DNA of 64,000 bases from Minisyncoccota bacterium. Its GTDB lineage: Bacteria; Patescibacteriota; Minisyncoccia; Phycocordibacterales; Phycocordibacteraceae. This document shows, one piece after another, positions 18,316 through 28,086 of the stretch (its first letter is position 1; each line of letters begins with the position of its first letter). A model generated the notes under the pieces. That model worked only from the letters and a program-made list of their open reading frames with translations. It was not told where the DNA came from and searched no databases. The DNA lies in contig JALHOO010000001.1 of the NCBI GenBank assembly GCA_022842945.1, positions 221,830-285,829 on the forward strand, written 5' to 3'. The translations under genes were made by a program, and so were the position numbers.

Positions 18316-19089
18316 ATGATGACCTGGACTGACAGTCTTATTCTCGGCGCCATTGAGGGCATAACCGAGTTCCTCCCCATTTCCTCAACCGGACACCTTA
18401 TCCTCGCAAGTGAGCTCCTTGGACTTACCCCAAGCACCTTCCTTTCTTCTTTCCATATAGCGATTCAGCTTGGTGCCATTGCAGCCGTTGTGTTCTTGTA
18501 TTGGAAATCCTTCCTCGACATCCGCTTTCTTACGAAACTCTTTGTTGCCTTCCTTCCCACGGGACTCGTAGGCTTTCTAGTTTACCCTTACGTAAAGGAA
18601 TACCTCTTGGGGAACTCCATGATTGTAGTGGCTTCCCTGTTTATTGGAGGCGTGGTGCTTATCGTCTTTGAACTCCTCCACAAAGAGAAGCCCGAGTCTC
18701 TTGAAGGTGCTAAGCAGATAACCTACAAGCAGGCACTTCTCGTTGGTTGTTTCCAGTCCATCGCTATTATTCCGGGTGTCTCACGCTCTGCCGCTACTAT
18801 CATCGGCGGACTTCTCGCTGGCATGCGCCGCGTAGCTATTGTTGAGTTCTCGTTCCTCCTTGCGGTGCCTACTATGATTGCCGCAACCGGCTACGATCTT
18901 CTTAAGTCTGCGGACACCTTCGCCTTTGACGATTTCGGTCTTCTTGCGCTTGGCTTCTTAACTGCGTTTGTGGTGGCACTCGTATCCATGCGCTTCCTCC
19001 TCACACTCGTACGCCGCTACACGTTCATACCGTTTGGTATATATCGCATTGTTCTTGCGGTGCTCTTCTTCTTTATAATCCTGTACTAG
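18316..19089 (+). CDS. uppP: Undecaprenyl-diphosphatase
   Basis: EGITEFLPISSTGH and PGVSRS. Confidence 0.96.
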   Translation: MMTWTDSLILGAIEGITEFLPISSTGHLILASELLGLTPSTFLSSFHIAIQLGAIAAVVFLYWKSFLDIRFLTKLFVAFLPTGLVGFLVYPYVKEYLLGNSMIVVASLFIGGVVLIVFELLHKEKPESLEGAKQITYKQALLVGCFQSIAIIPGVSRSAATIIGGLLAGMRRVAIVEFSFLLAVPTMIAATGYDLLKSADTFAFDDFGLLALGFLTAFVVALVSMRFLLTLVRRYTFIPFGIYRIVLAVLFFFIILY

Positions 19090-19826
19090 TACCGAGGTAC
19101 TCCCGCTGACGTATTCGTTATGCGGATGTCTTCAAATGGGTCGTGCTGAGCGGCATCAACGGCGCCTTGCTTAACGAGCTCAAGAAGTGCAAGGAAGGAA
19201 ACGATAACCTCAACCTTCTCTTTGTCGCCGCTAGAGAACTCTTTGAACGAGAGTGTCATGGCGCGTTGTACCCTCGACAACAGTGTGTCCATCATCTCTT
19301 CAATCGTAACCAAGGGACGCACCCGTACTTCAGGCAACTTCTCTTCTGCCTTCTCGAGGCTCTGAAGGGCGTTCGCAAGTGCGGTTGCAAGGTGCTCAAG
19401 GGTGAGGTCTCTGGCAGGAGAGAACATAGGCTCTGGTGCCCTCTCGCCTGCAGACACCATCATTCTCTTCCCAAAGATACGCGAGAGTTCCTGTCTAGCT
19501 TCGCGCACGGCTTCGTATTGCTGAAGTCTTCGCTTCAGATCGTCCATGTCCTCCTCCTCTTCCATAGAGAGTTCAAGCTCTGGGATAAGGGACTTCGACT
19601 TAATAAGAAGCAGGGTTGCTGCTACACCAATGAATTGCGCAGCCTCTTCCATCGGGAACGCTTCGTGCCCGCGCACGAATGCAATGTAGTCGTCGGTAAC
19701 CTGAGAGAGGGACAGTTCGTTAACGGAGAGTTTCCGTTTGTCGATGAGATCAAGAATAAGATCGTAGGGCCCTTCAAAGGACGCGCTCTTAATCGTAAAA
19801 CCCGTGTACGCGGTTACCCCTTCCAT
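19086..19826 (-). CDS. scpA: Segregation and condensation protein ScpA
   Basis: FEGPYDLILDLI and FLALLELVK. Confidence 0.93.
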   Translation of the reverse strand: MEGVTAYTGFTIKSASFEGPYDLILDLIDKRKLSVNELSLSQVTDDYIAFVRGHEAFPMEEAAQFIGVAATLLLIKSKSLIPELELSMEEEEDMDDLKRRLQQYEAVREARQELSRIFGKRMMVSAGERAPEPMFSPARDLTLEHLATALANALQSLEKAEEKLPEVRVRPLVTIEEMMDTLLSRVQRAMTLSFKEFSSGDKEKVEVIVSFLALLELVKQGAVDAAQHDPFEDIRITNTSAGVPRY

Positions 19827-21232
19827 GAGTCAATGAATGAAATAAGAAGACGCACAGGAGACCCGGAGGCGCCCTTAACCAGTTCCTCTCCGGGAGCGGC
19901 CGTCATTCGGGGAGCAATATCAATGTGTGCCCACGGACAATTAAGTTCTTTAGCGAACTGCCAGAGGAATATCGCGCCATTCGTAGCGCCTCCATAGCGT
20001 CCGCGAGAAATAGAATGGTTCTGTAGGTCTGCAAAGTCGCTCTTAATAACGCTCTCGTACTCGTCCCAGAGTGGAAGACGCCACAGATAGTCCCCGGTCT
20101 CTTCAGAGAGTGTAAGTAGCGTACTGGCTAGTGCATCGTCGCGTGTCATGAGACCGTTGGCGTAGGGACCAAGTGCAACACATGCCGCGCCCGTAAGCGT
20201 TGCCACGTCCACAACAACGCTCGGGTTGAAGCGCTTTGCGTAGGTAAGGGCGTCTGCGAGTACGAGTCTTCCTTCAGCGTCGGTGTCCGTAACTTCAACC
20301 GTCTTTCCTGAGAGCGAGGTGTGAATGTCTCCGGGGCGCGTCGCACCGTTCCCGAGCATATTCTCGGCAGCCGGAATAAGACCAATAACATTCTTCTTGA
20401 GTCCGAGCTTTGCAGCGAGTGCAACCGAATGAATAACGGCAGCACCTCCGGACATATCAAGATGCATTTCGTATATGCCTGTCGAGGGTTTGATGTTGAG
20501 ACCTCCTGAATCGAAGGTTATGCCCTTGCCAGCGAGCACTATAGGCTTCTGAGAAGCAGGTCCTCCTTTGTAGGAAAGCACGGTAAACGTAGGCTCTTCT
20601 GTGGATCCGGCCCCTACGCCCGCTAGAAGGCCCATACCGAGAGCTGAGAGCTTCGCACGTCCAAGTACCTCAACCGTTACGGGAAGGCCCTTAACGGCCG
20701 CTTTTGCGGCGTTCGCGAGGCCTCTTGGGGTCATGGAGCCTCCGGGGGTATTCGAGAGCTCGCGCGTGGCGTTAACGGCACGTCCAATAGCCTGGCCACG
20801 CTTTATGCCCGCCTTCATAGCAGGAGTCGCAGTGTCGTACAGGAGTATCTCCTCGATCTCGTTCCAGCCATCCTTTGGCTTTGTTTTGAACGTGGTGAAT
20901 TGGAAGTTCGCCATCTCCGCGTTCTCGGCAAATAGCTGGCTCGCTTGTTCTGGAGAAGAGAACGAAAGGTTCTTCCAGAGTTTCGGTGTGCTCTCGAACG
21001 AAACCGCAATGCGCTTCGCCTTCTGTGCACGTGCGGTCTGCACCATGGCACGGATGAGGGTTATGTACGTGCGGTTTGTTACCTCGCCTGCCTTTCCCGC
21101 TCCGAGCTCAAGAGTGTCTACCTTGCCTTCGCGCACGAGACGCTTCGCTCCCTTCGCGTCTTCCGTGAAGCGGATACGCAGAACCCCTGCAGGTGCAGAA
21201 TCAAGAGCGCCCTTGGCGAAGGTTATCTTCAT
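19814..21232 (-). CDS. pepA: Leucyl aminopeptidase (M17)
   Basis: GKGITFDSGG, DAEGRLVLAD and ATLTGA. Confidence 0.93.
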   Translation of the reverse strand: MKITFAKGALDSAPAGVLRIRFTEDAKGAKRLVREGKVDTLELGAGKAGEVTNRTYITLIRAMVQTARAQKAKRIAVSFESTPKLWKNLSFSSPEQASQLFAENAEMANFQFTTFKTKPKDGWNEIEEILLYDTATPAMKAGIKRGQAIGRAVNATRELSNTPGGSMTPRGLANAAKAAVKGLPVTVEVLGRAKLSALGMGLLAGVGAGSTEEPTFTVLSYKGGPASQKPIVLAGKGITFDSGGLNIKPSTGIYEMHLDMSGGAAVIHSVALAAKLGLKKNVIGLIPAAENMLGNGATRPGDIHTSLSGKTVEVTDTDAEGRLVLADALTYAKRFNPSVVVDVATLTGAACVALGPYANGLMTRDDALASTLLTLSEETGDYLWRLPLWDEYESVIKSDFADLQNHSISRGRYGGATNGAIFLWQFAKELNCPWAHIDIAPRMTAAPGEELVKGASGSPVRLLISFIDSWKG

Positions 21233-21236
21233 AGGG

Positions 21237-22586
21237 CTATGCTTCAGGCTCAGCGTCTGTTAGACGCATGTCGATGCGGTTGATGTCGCGCGGGAAGAGT
21301 GTTGCCTCCTTAACATTCGGAAGGTTCAGGAACTTTGCTGTGAGGCGTTCGAGTCCCATGCCCCATCCGCCGTGTGGTGGAATACCGTACTTGAAGGCCT
21401 GGAGGTAGTACGAGAACTTCTCCGGATCAAGACCTTTCATCTTGATGCCGTCTATAAGGTTTTGGTAATCGTGCCTGCGCTGTCCACCCGTTGTTATCTC
21501 AACCCCGCGGAACAAGAGGTCGAAGCCGTTCGTGTATCCGATATCATTTGGATCCTCGTAGGTATACATAGGACGCTTTGATACTGGGTAGTGGGTAACG
21601 AATACGAAGTCAGAATTGTGCTCCTTCTTAGACCACTCGCAGAGCCAACGCTCGTCCTCAGGCTCAAGATCGGGTTCCTCTCGCTTGTCCTTGCCGGTCT
21701 CTTTGAAGATAAGTTCCTGTGCCTCGCGTAGCTTCATGCGGGGAATCTCAGTGGGTACGGACGGTACCTCTGCGCCAAGAAGCTCGAACTCGGATGCGCA
21801 GGTGTTCTTAAGATGCTCTGCGACATACGCCATGAGCTTCGTCTCAACCGCCATCACGTCTGTGTGGTCCTTGATGAAGCCCATCTCGACATCCATCGAG
21901 GTGTACTCGTTCAAGTGCCTCGTGGTGCTGTGCTTCTCAGCGCGGAACACGATGCCTATGGAGAACACACGCTCGAGCGCACCAACCATAATCTGCTTGT
22001 AGAGTTGAGGAGAAGTCGCAAGGTGCGCGGTCTTTCCGTAGAAGTACGGTACTTCGAATACCTCGCCGCTTCCTTCAGCATCGTCTCCGATGAGTTTCGG
22101 TGCCTGGAACTCTGTGAATCCTACGCTGTTGAGGTACGCACGGTACGAGCGAACAATCTCTGCCTGCACCTTGAATATGGCGCGTGCTCGCTTGCTACGA
22201 AGTGTGTATGGAAGGTAATCAAGATAAGTATCAAGATTAAGTTCGGCATCAAGATCAAATGGAAGTTCCTGCGTCTCTGCGAGGACTTCGATGCCCTTAA
22301 TCTCAAGCTCAATGTCTCCGTTCACTTTCCCCTCCTGCACGTTCCTCTCAGGACGCTTATTCACGATGCCACTCACGGCAACCACAAACTCGTTGCGCAC
22401 TGACTTGGCGGTTTCCATGAGCGCCTCGTCTCCTGGAAGTACTACGCCCTGTACGGTCCCTGACATATCGCGGAAGTCGAAGAAGACAAGCTTCCCTTGG
22501 TCCCGGCGTACATCAACCCAGCCTTTAAGTGTTACGGTCTCCCCAGCTTTCTGGGCGAGGTCTCCTATCATCGTGCGGTCCTGCAT
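21237..22586 (-). CDS. aspS: Aspartate--tRNA(Asp/Asn) ligase, archaeal-type without GAD insertion
   Basis: SPQLYKQ, FRAEKHSTTRHLNEY and PPHGGWGMGLER; 449 aa. Confidence 0.9.
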   Translation of the reverse strand: MQDRTMIGDLAQKAGETVTLKGWVDVRRDQGKLVFFDFRDMSGTVQGVVLPGDEALMETAKSVRNEFVVAVSGIVNKRPERNVQEGKVNGDIELEIKGIEVLAETQELPFDLDAELNLDTYLDYLPYTLRSKRARAIFKVQAEIVRSYRAYLNSVGFTEFQAPKLIGDDAEGSGEVFEVPYFYGKTAHLATSPQLYKQIMVGALERVFSIGIVFRAEKHSTTRHLNEYTSMDVEMGFIKDHTDVMAVETKLMAYVAEHLKNTCASEFELLGAEVPSVPTEIPRMKLREAQELIFKETGKDKREEPDLEPEDERWLCEWSKKEHNSDFVFVTHYPVSKRPMYTYEDPNDIGYTNGFDLLFRGVEITTGGQRRHDYQNLIDGIKMKGLDPEKFSYYLQAFKYGIPPHGGWGMGLERLTAKFLNLPNVKEATLFPRDINRIDMRLTDAEPEA

Positions 22587-22651
22587 ATAGGCCTAAAATA
22601 CCACGCCCACGCACAAAGTGCGCGGGCGTTCTGGTATGTATGGGGTACTGG

Positions 22652-23608
22652 CTAGGACACGCCAACCGCTCGACGAACCTCTTCCATCTTCACGTTTGCA
22701 CGTTCGCGCGCAAGCTGCCCGCCCTTCTCAAGTACGTCTAGAACGGTGCGCGGATCGCTTGCTAACTCATGGTATCGCTCACGGAGGGGGGCGATAAAAG
22801 CATCAAGGTCTTCGATGAGGGCTTCCTTGAGTGCCTTGTACTTCCCTGTGTGCTCCGTGTACAGAGACTCAAGCTCGTGCTCGGTCTTTAAAAGCTTATG
22901 GATGGCGTACACGTTCTCAGGACGATCGCTTCCAGAGTCTGTAACGATGCTCATAACGAGTTCCTCAATATCTGTACGTGAAGAGAAGAGCGGAATAGTG
23001 TTGTTGTAGCTTTTGCTCATCTTCTGTCCGTCGAGACCTGGAACAACGGCAACCTCAGGAACGATGAACTCCTCAGGAAGCGTGAAGGTCTCGCCGAAGG
23101 TACGGTTGAACTTCTCAGCGGTGTCGCGCGCGAACTCAATGTGCTGCTTCTGGTCATGTCCCACAGGAACCTTTGCGGTGTTGTAGAGGAGGATGTCTGC
23201 CGCCATGAGCATCGGATAGTTGAAGGTTCCAACAGACACCTCTTTGTTCTTCGCTTCTCCATCTTTGAACGCATGTGCGCGCATGAGGTACGGCATGGTG
23301 GTGATGGTGTCGAATATCCATGCGAGCTCGGTATGCGCCGGCACGTCAGATTGCTTGAATAGCACCACCTTCTCGGGATTAAGTCCCGACGCCATGTAGG
23401 TTAGGACGAGCTCGCGCGTAAGGTCGCGCATGTCGCCTGCGTTCTGTACGAAGTTAAGCGCATGGTAGTCCGCAACCATGATGTAGCTCTGGTGGCTCCC
23501 AACCGTCTGAAACTCTACGAGCTGCTTAATAGCACCGAAGTAGTTCCCGATGTGCGGTACACCGGTTGGTTTAATGCCTGAAAGAAGGATGGGCTTGTCT
23601 GTTTCCAT
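22652..23608 (-). CDS. trpS: Tryptophan--tRNA ligase
   Basis: HIGNY, YPMLMAADIL and KMSKS. Confidence 0.97.
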   Translation of the reverse strand: METDKPILLSGIKPTGVPHIGNYFGAIKQLVEFQTVGSHQSYIMVADYHALNFVQNAGDMRDLTRELVLTYMASGLNPEKVVLFKQSDVPAHTELAWIFDTITTMPYLMRAHAFKDGEAKNKEVSVGTFNYPMLMAADILLYNTAKVPVGHDQKQHIEFARDTAEKFNRTFGETFTLPEEFIVPEVAVVPGLDGQKMSKSYNNTIPLFSSRTDIEELVMSIVTDSGSDRPENVYAIHKLLKTEHELESLYTEHTGKYKALKEALIEDLDAFIAPLRERYHELASDPRTVLDVLEKGGQLARERANVKMEEVRRAVGVS

Positions 23609-23676
23609 TGGGTATCACGATACCACGTCCTCCCTAAAGAAAAACCGCGGACCTTTGGTCCGCGGCATTCCGTTGT

Positions 23677-23916
23677 TCAAGGACGGCTGATTCCCGTGAT
23701 CAGAGCAAGGACAACATTGCCCTCGCGCTCGGGAAGCTCAACCTGAGAGCCGGCCTTCTTTCCCAGAAGCAGGGACGACCAGCAGCGGGTATTGCCAGTT
23801 GGGGTGACCGTGAAATCCTGGGGATCTCCATGGTCTCCTGCACCGACGAATTCCAGCCGAAGCTTGTCGCCTACTTGAACCACCCGCTGTGCGGGCTCGA
23901 GAGTACGTACGTTCAT
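23677..23916 (-). CDS. Small protein resembling the GreA/GreB C-terminal domain
   Basis: VQVGDKL...LLLGKKAGSQVEL...ITGI, GGAGG RBS, terminator at about 23644-23666. Confidence 0.5.
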   Translation of the reverse strand: MNVRTLEPAQRVVQVGDKLRLEFVGAGDHGDPQDFTVTPTGNTRCWSSLLLGKKAGSQVELPEREGNVVLALITGISRP

Positions 23917-24181
23917 GACACCCTCCTTCAAGGATCTAGCCGTAGTGGCTTTGTCTGCATACTAGAACTTCGCATGACGCACCGAAGGTTTCCAAACAAG
24001 AACGTCCCGCATATAGCGGGACGTTCTTTTGGTGCAGTTAGTGCGAGTGCACTGGAACCAAATCATCACAGAACTACGAGAATTGGCCGAAATCTGGGAG
24101 GTGCTCGAAGATCGTCAATAAGAAAAGACCCGCCATAGTCGTAAGACAATGGCGGGCCGATAGACTGTCGATGGTGGCCAG

Positions 24182-24631
24182 CTAGCCTGACTCCTGATAC
24201 TCCTCGAGCACGCGGATGAACGGATACTGTTGGGCGCTGAACGCGTAGCCGCGCAGCAAGTCCTTCATTCCCCGGTACTCCTCACGGTGTCCGGTGTTGA
24301 TGGAAATGCGATTCGACCACCAGTAGAAGCCGAACCCCTGCGCAGCGATAAACTCGCGGTAATGGGTCGACTCGAACTGAACGAGTCGACAGTTCAGTGC
24401 CGCACGAGCTCCGGACGTAATGCAGACACGCTGGGGTCTCGTGTCGACAGTCGACACGAAGTCCCACGGCGCATGCGCGTACCAGCCGGCGTCACGCTTG
24501 CCCAGTTCCCCGGTGAAGGGGTTCCAGGTGAGGGCGATGTGGTAGGGCTCGACGAAGGTGAAACTGGTGACGAGCACCAAGCACACCGCCGCGACACTCC
24601 CAACAATGCCTCCAATGACACGACGACCCAT
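24182..24631 (-). CDS. Membrane-anchored SPFH-like short protein (paralog 2)
   Basis: TM helix then GWYAHAPW...VDTRPQRVCI. Start overlaps the upstream stop (TAATG). Confidence 0.6.
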   Translation of the reverse strand: MGRRVIGGIVGSVAAVCLVLVTSFTFVEPYHIALTWNPFTGELGKRDAGWYAHAPWDFVSTVDTRPQRVCITSGARAALNCRLVQFESTHYREFIAAQGFGFYWWSNRISINTGHREEYRGMKDLLRGYAFSAQQYPFIRVLEEYQESG

Positions 24632-25101
24632 TACTGGGTCACCGGCGAGGCCGACGGATCGCCGCCTGGGGCTTCCTCGTTGCGAAGCTCGCGCAGGATG
24701 GTCAGGAACGGATAGGTCCGGCCGCTGCCATCGTAGGCGTAGCTCTTGAGGATGTCGTTGAGCGCGGCCTGGCCGTAGTCGCCGCGGCCGTGCCAGGACA
24801 GGAACAGTTCCAGGCCGGCCGAGTTGAATCGGACCAGCTTGCAGTTCAGCACCCGCTGGTTTGCGTTGATGCAGACCTGCATCGGCCGACCGTCGATCAC
24901 ATAGATCTGCTGGAGCCACGGAGTCTTGTGGTTCCAGCCGGTCCGAGCCAGCGGACTGATCCGGCCGGTCGTCGCGTCGAATTCGTAGCCGTGCTGATAG
25001 TTGTCGACGAAGCGCCACGAAAGGAGGAAATAGGTACCTCCCGCCAGTGCCGCAAACGCCAAGGCGACGCCGGCGATGAAGCCGATAAGCGTTCTATTCA
25101 T
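24631..25101 (-). CDS. Membrane-anchored SPFH-like short protein (paralog 1)
   Basis: TM helix then GWNHKTPW...IDGRPMQVCI. GGAGG RBS. Confidence 0.6.
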   Translation of the reverse strand: MNRTLIGFIAGVALAFAALAGGTYFLLSWRFVDNYQHGYEFDATTGRISPLARTGWNHKTPWLQQIYVIDGRPMQVCINANQRVLNCKLVRFNSAGLELFLSWHGRGDYGQAALNDILKSYAYDGSGRTYPFLTILRELRNEEAPGGDPSASPVTQ

Positions 25102-25273
25102 ACTAGCCTCCCATCTCAAAGTTCGAGACAAGCACGGACAAGACCGTGCAGGTTGACGACGGATGTCGTTCCAGCACTTTTATATAACAATATTAGGCAC
25201 TATGTCAAGTCTCTAACCCCACCCAGACCAAAGCACCCTATAGGGTGCTTTGGTTCCAAAACTCTTCTTAGGG

Positions 25274-25356
25274 TGCGCCGGGGAGGATTCGAACCTCCGA
25301 AGCCGTGAGGCGACAGGTTTACAGCCTGCATGTTTTGACCACTTACCTACCGACGC
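25274..25356 (-). tRNA. tRNA-Tyr(GTA), CCA not encoded
   Basis: Acceptor GCGTCGG/CCGGCGC-A, anticodon arm GCAGG-CTGTAAA-CCTGT, long variable arm, GGTTCGAATCC. Confidence 0.95.
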
Positions 25357-26129
25357 GTCAAGCTCTCGTACCGGTTCTGGTGCTTCGCATTCATAGGCTG
25401 AATCTCTGCGAAGAATCTCTCCACATCGTCTCGCTTCGTTACATAAATGCAATCTGAACTCAGCTCCGATACTCGATATCCTAACCTTCGCAACATAGCC
25501 TGTAAAGCGAGAAGCAGCGGGATCGACTTATTGGTAAAGGACAGCTGCACGCCGAATCGAAGCTTATAGACCGAGCCGTCCGTATCAAAGAACCCTCTCA
25601 GGAAGGAACGCATGTATGCTTCCTTCTCAAACAGCCATCCAGGCACACCCACTTGAGCTGCCACCTTGTTTGATACCAGTCCTTGGACAATAAGCCATCG
25701 GGTAAGCTCGACCGAACCTATGTACACATCGTGAAAACCATTACTTCTGTGGCAAATAGTTGCAGGAACCTTGAACAGAGAAGTCATGAGCGCTTGCACG
25801 TAACAGACGTAGTTATATTCCTTAGTTCCGAGGGTAACGAATGTCTGATACGTGCCTACATGTCCATCACCTAGCATAATCCCGAAGAATTCAGCGAGGT
25901 CCTCTGACCGTTTTACGGGAATAGTAAGGTCAGTACGTTTTCCAAGATAGGTGCTCTTGAGTTCAGGACAGGTGGGTATTGCTAGACGCTTCAGTCTATC
26001 GAATACCGTTTTGGATGATATAGAAAGAATCGCCCCGACCTCATTAATAGTCTTATTCTGACGAACATAAAGCTCGAGCAGTGCTTCTCTATGTAAATCC
26101 TCCTCTTCAGTTGTCCATCTCCTTGCCAT
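25347..26129 (-). CDS. Free-standing double-motif LAGLIDADG endonuclease-like protein with N-terminal HTH
   Basis: LAEFFGIMLGDG and SFLRGFFDTDGS motifs; TINEVGAILSISSKTVFDRL HTH. Confidence 0.85.
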   Translation of the reverse strand: MARRWTTEEEDLHREALLELYVRQNKTINEVGAILSISSKTVFDRLKRLAIPTCPELKSTYLGKRTDLTIPVKRSEDLAEFFGIMLGDGHVGTYQTFVTLGTKEYNYVCYVQALMTSLFKVPATICHRSNGFHDVYIGSVELTRWLIVQGLVSNKVAAQVGVPGWLFEKEAYMRSFLRGFFDTDGSVYKLRFGVQLSFTNKSIPLLLALQAMLRRLGYRVSELSSDCIYVTKRDDVERFFAEIQPMNAKHQNRYESLTRR

Positions 26130-26177
26130 TCAAAAAGAATGACATTAAGGAGATAAAGAAACGTTAAAGTTGTATAC

Positions 26178-27428
26178 CTATTTCAATACAAGGATCACGA
26201 TATCCCTTTTGCCCTTCTTTAGCATGGCGAGGCCGTTCGCAAAGTCTCCCTCTGCAAGCTTCTGCTCACCTGAATCGACACATACACCGTTTACGCTTAT
26301 ACCCTTTCCTTCTATAAGGCGTCGCGCATCGCCCTTGGAGGACGCGAGAGAGCTTGTGGCGAGGACGTCGAGAACGGTAATGCCGGCTGAGAGGTCACGC
26401 TTCAGAACGGGCAGTATAGGCACTTCCTTAAGCACAAGTTCCCTTGCTTCCTTATCAAGCTCAGAGAGCGCTGTGTCGCCAAACAGGGCGCTTGAGGCGC
26501 CTGCTGCAGCACTAGCTGCGCGCTCTCCGTGCACAAGCGCCGTTACGCTCTCGGCTAAGGTCTTCTGCGCCTTGCGCACTCCCGGGTTCTCCTGGTGCCA
26601 GGAAAGGAGTGTATCAATCTCCTCAACGGGTATGAAGGTGTACATCTTGAGATAGCTGCCAACCATGCTGTCCGGCTGGTTGAGCCAGAACTGGTAGAAG
26701 GCGAAAGGAGAGGTCTTTGAGGCATCAAGCCAGATAGCGTTCCCTTCTGATTTGCCGAACTTCTTTCCGGTTGCGTCCGTAACGAGAGGAGTGGTAAGCG
26801 CGAATGCTTCTTTGCCGAGCTTGCGGCGCACGAGCTCAACCCCCGAAAGAATATTCGTCCACTGGTCAGAGGCACCAATCTGCAGGTCTACTCCCTTCTC
26901 CTTGTTCAGGATCATGTAGTCATAGCCCTGGAGAAGCGAGTATGCGAACTCGGTGTACGAAATACTGTCGTCCGGATTCTCAAGACGGCGGCGAATGATA
27001 TCGCGCTTTATGAGCTCGTTAACGGTGAAGTGCTTCCCGATGTCTCTGAGGAAGTCGATGAGTTTAACCTTAAGTAGCCAGTCCGCGTTATCAACCAATG
27101 TCACGTGCGTACCCACGATATTCTGCATCTGTTTCTTCAGTGCCTTCTTGTTCTTCTCGACAATCTTGGTGTCTGCGAGAACGCGCTCTCCGCTATCGCG
27201 CGGGTCCCCGATCATACCGGTGCCGCCCCCAACAAGAAGCACAATCTTGTGTCCGGCATCAGCCAAGCGCTTAAGCAAAAGCACTACCAGCAGGTTCCCC
27301 GCATGCATAGAGTCCGCAGACGGATCAACACCGAGGTATACGGTGCGCTTCTTCTCGAGGATGGTCTCAATGGGTGCTGAGGCGTGCTCAACAAGTCCGC
27401 GTGCTTTCAATTCTTCAGCGAGGTTCAT
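26178..27428 (-). CDS. tyrS: Tyrosine--tRNA ligase
   Basis: GVDPSADSMHAGN, KFGKS and a C-terminal S4 domain. Confidence 0.97.
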   Translation of the reverse strand: MNLAEELKARGLVEHASAPIETILEKKRTVYLGVDPSADSMHAGNLLVVLLLKRLADAGHKIVLLVGGGTGMIGDPRDSGERVLADTKIVEKNKKALKKQMQNIVGTHVTLVDNADWLLKVKLIDFLRDIGKHFTVNELIKRDIIRRRLENPDDSISYTEFAYSLLQGYDYMILNKEKGVDLQIGASDQWTNILSGVELVRRKLGKEAFALTTPLVTDATGKKFGKSEGNAIWLDASKTSPFAFYQFWLNQPDSMVGSYLKMYTFIPVEEIDTLLSWHQENPGVRKAQKTLAESVTALVHGERAASAAAGASSALFGDTALSELDKEARELVLKEVPILPVLKRDLSAGITVLDVLATSSLASSKGDARRLIEGKGISVNGVCVDSGEQKLAEGDFANGLAMLKKGKRDIVILVLK

Positions 27429-27450
27429 GCGTACGAGTATAACAGAATAG

Positions 27451-28083
27451 CTACCCTAAATGGGCGTGGTCGTTCCAGGTCAGAAGCCTCCAAGGCTTTC
27501 TGTTGGTCGGATCAAACTGCAGAACAGTTAGGCCGGTGTTGCTGGCAATAAATGCTTCGAGGATATGGCCGCAGTCTTTGCCCGTTAGTTGCTCTCCAAA
27601 GACTACCTGCGCCACGATATTTCGGAGAAAGACTCCGTGCGTAACAACGAGTATCTTGTCTTTCGGATGGTTCTCTAAGAATGTGAGTGCACTCGCTGTA
27701 CGTACATTCAGATCGTCAAAGTTCTCCTCGTCTGAGAATCGCATTCCGGGAATGCTCGAGCTCTGCATGATTGCTTCTTCTGCCGCCCTCACGAGAGGAT
27801 CGTCCTTTGGTCTATCAATCTGCTCGGTTGGTCTGCGCCGCTCAACGAAGAGCTCAGAAGACTCAACAGGAAGACCGATTCTGTCCGAGATTATCTCTGC
27901 GGTCTGCTGAGCACGAATCATGGTGCTCGCCAGAAGTGCCTCGGGTTTCAGTCGTGCGGCGCGCTCTGCCATCTGTGCGGCTTGCGCACGACCAAGTTCA
28001 GTTAGCGGCGTGAATTCGTTCTGATAGTGCGTGCCTGCATTTCCCTCGCTTTCGCCATGGCGTACGAGGTAAATCTCTTTCAT
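27451..28083 (-). CDS. Histidine phosphatase family protein
   Basis: LVRHGES and VVTHG. Confidence 0.9.
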   Translation of the reverse strand: MKEIYLVRHGESEGNAGTHYQNEFTPLTELGRAQAAQMAERAARLKPEALLASTMIRAQQTAEIISDRIGLPVESSELFVERRRPTEQIDRPKDDPLVRAAEEAIMQSSSIPGMRFSDEENFDDLNVRTASALTFLENHPKDKILVVTHGVFLRNIVAQVVFGEQLTGKDCGHILEAFIASNTGLTVLQFDPTNRKPWRLLTWNDHAHLG

Positions 28084-28086
28084 ACT

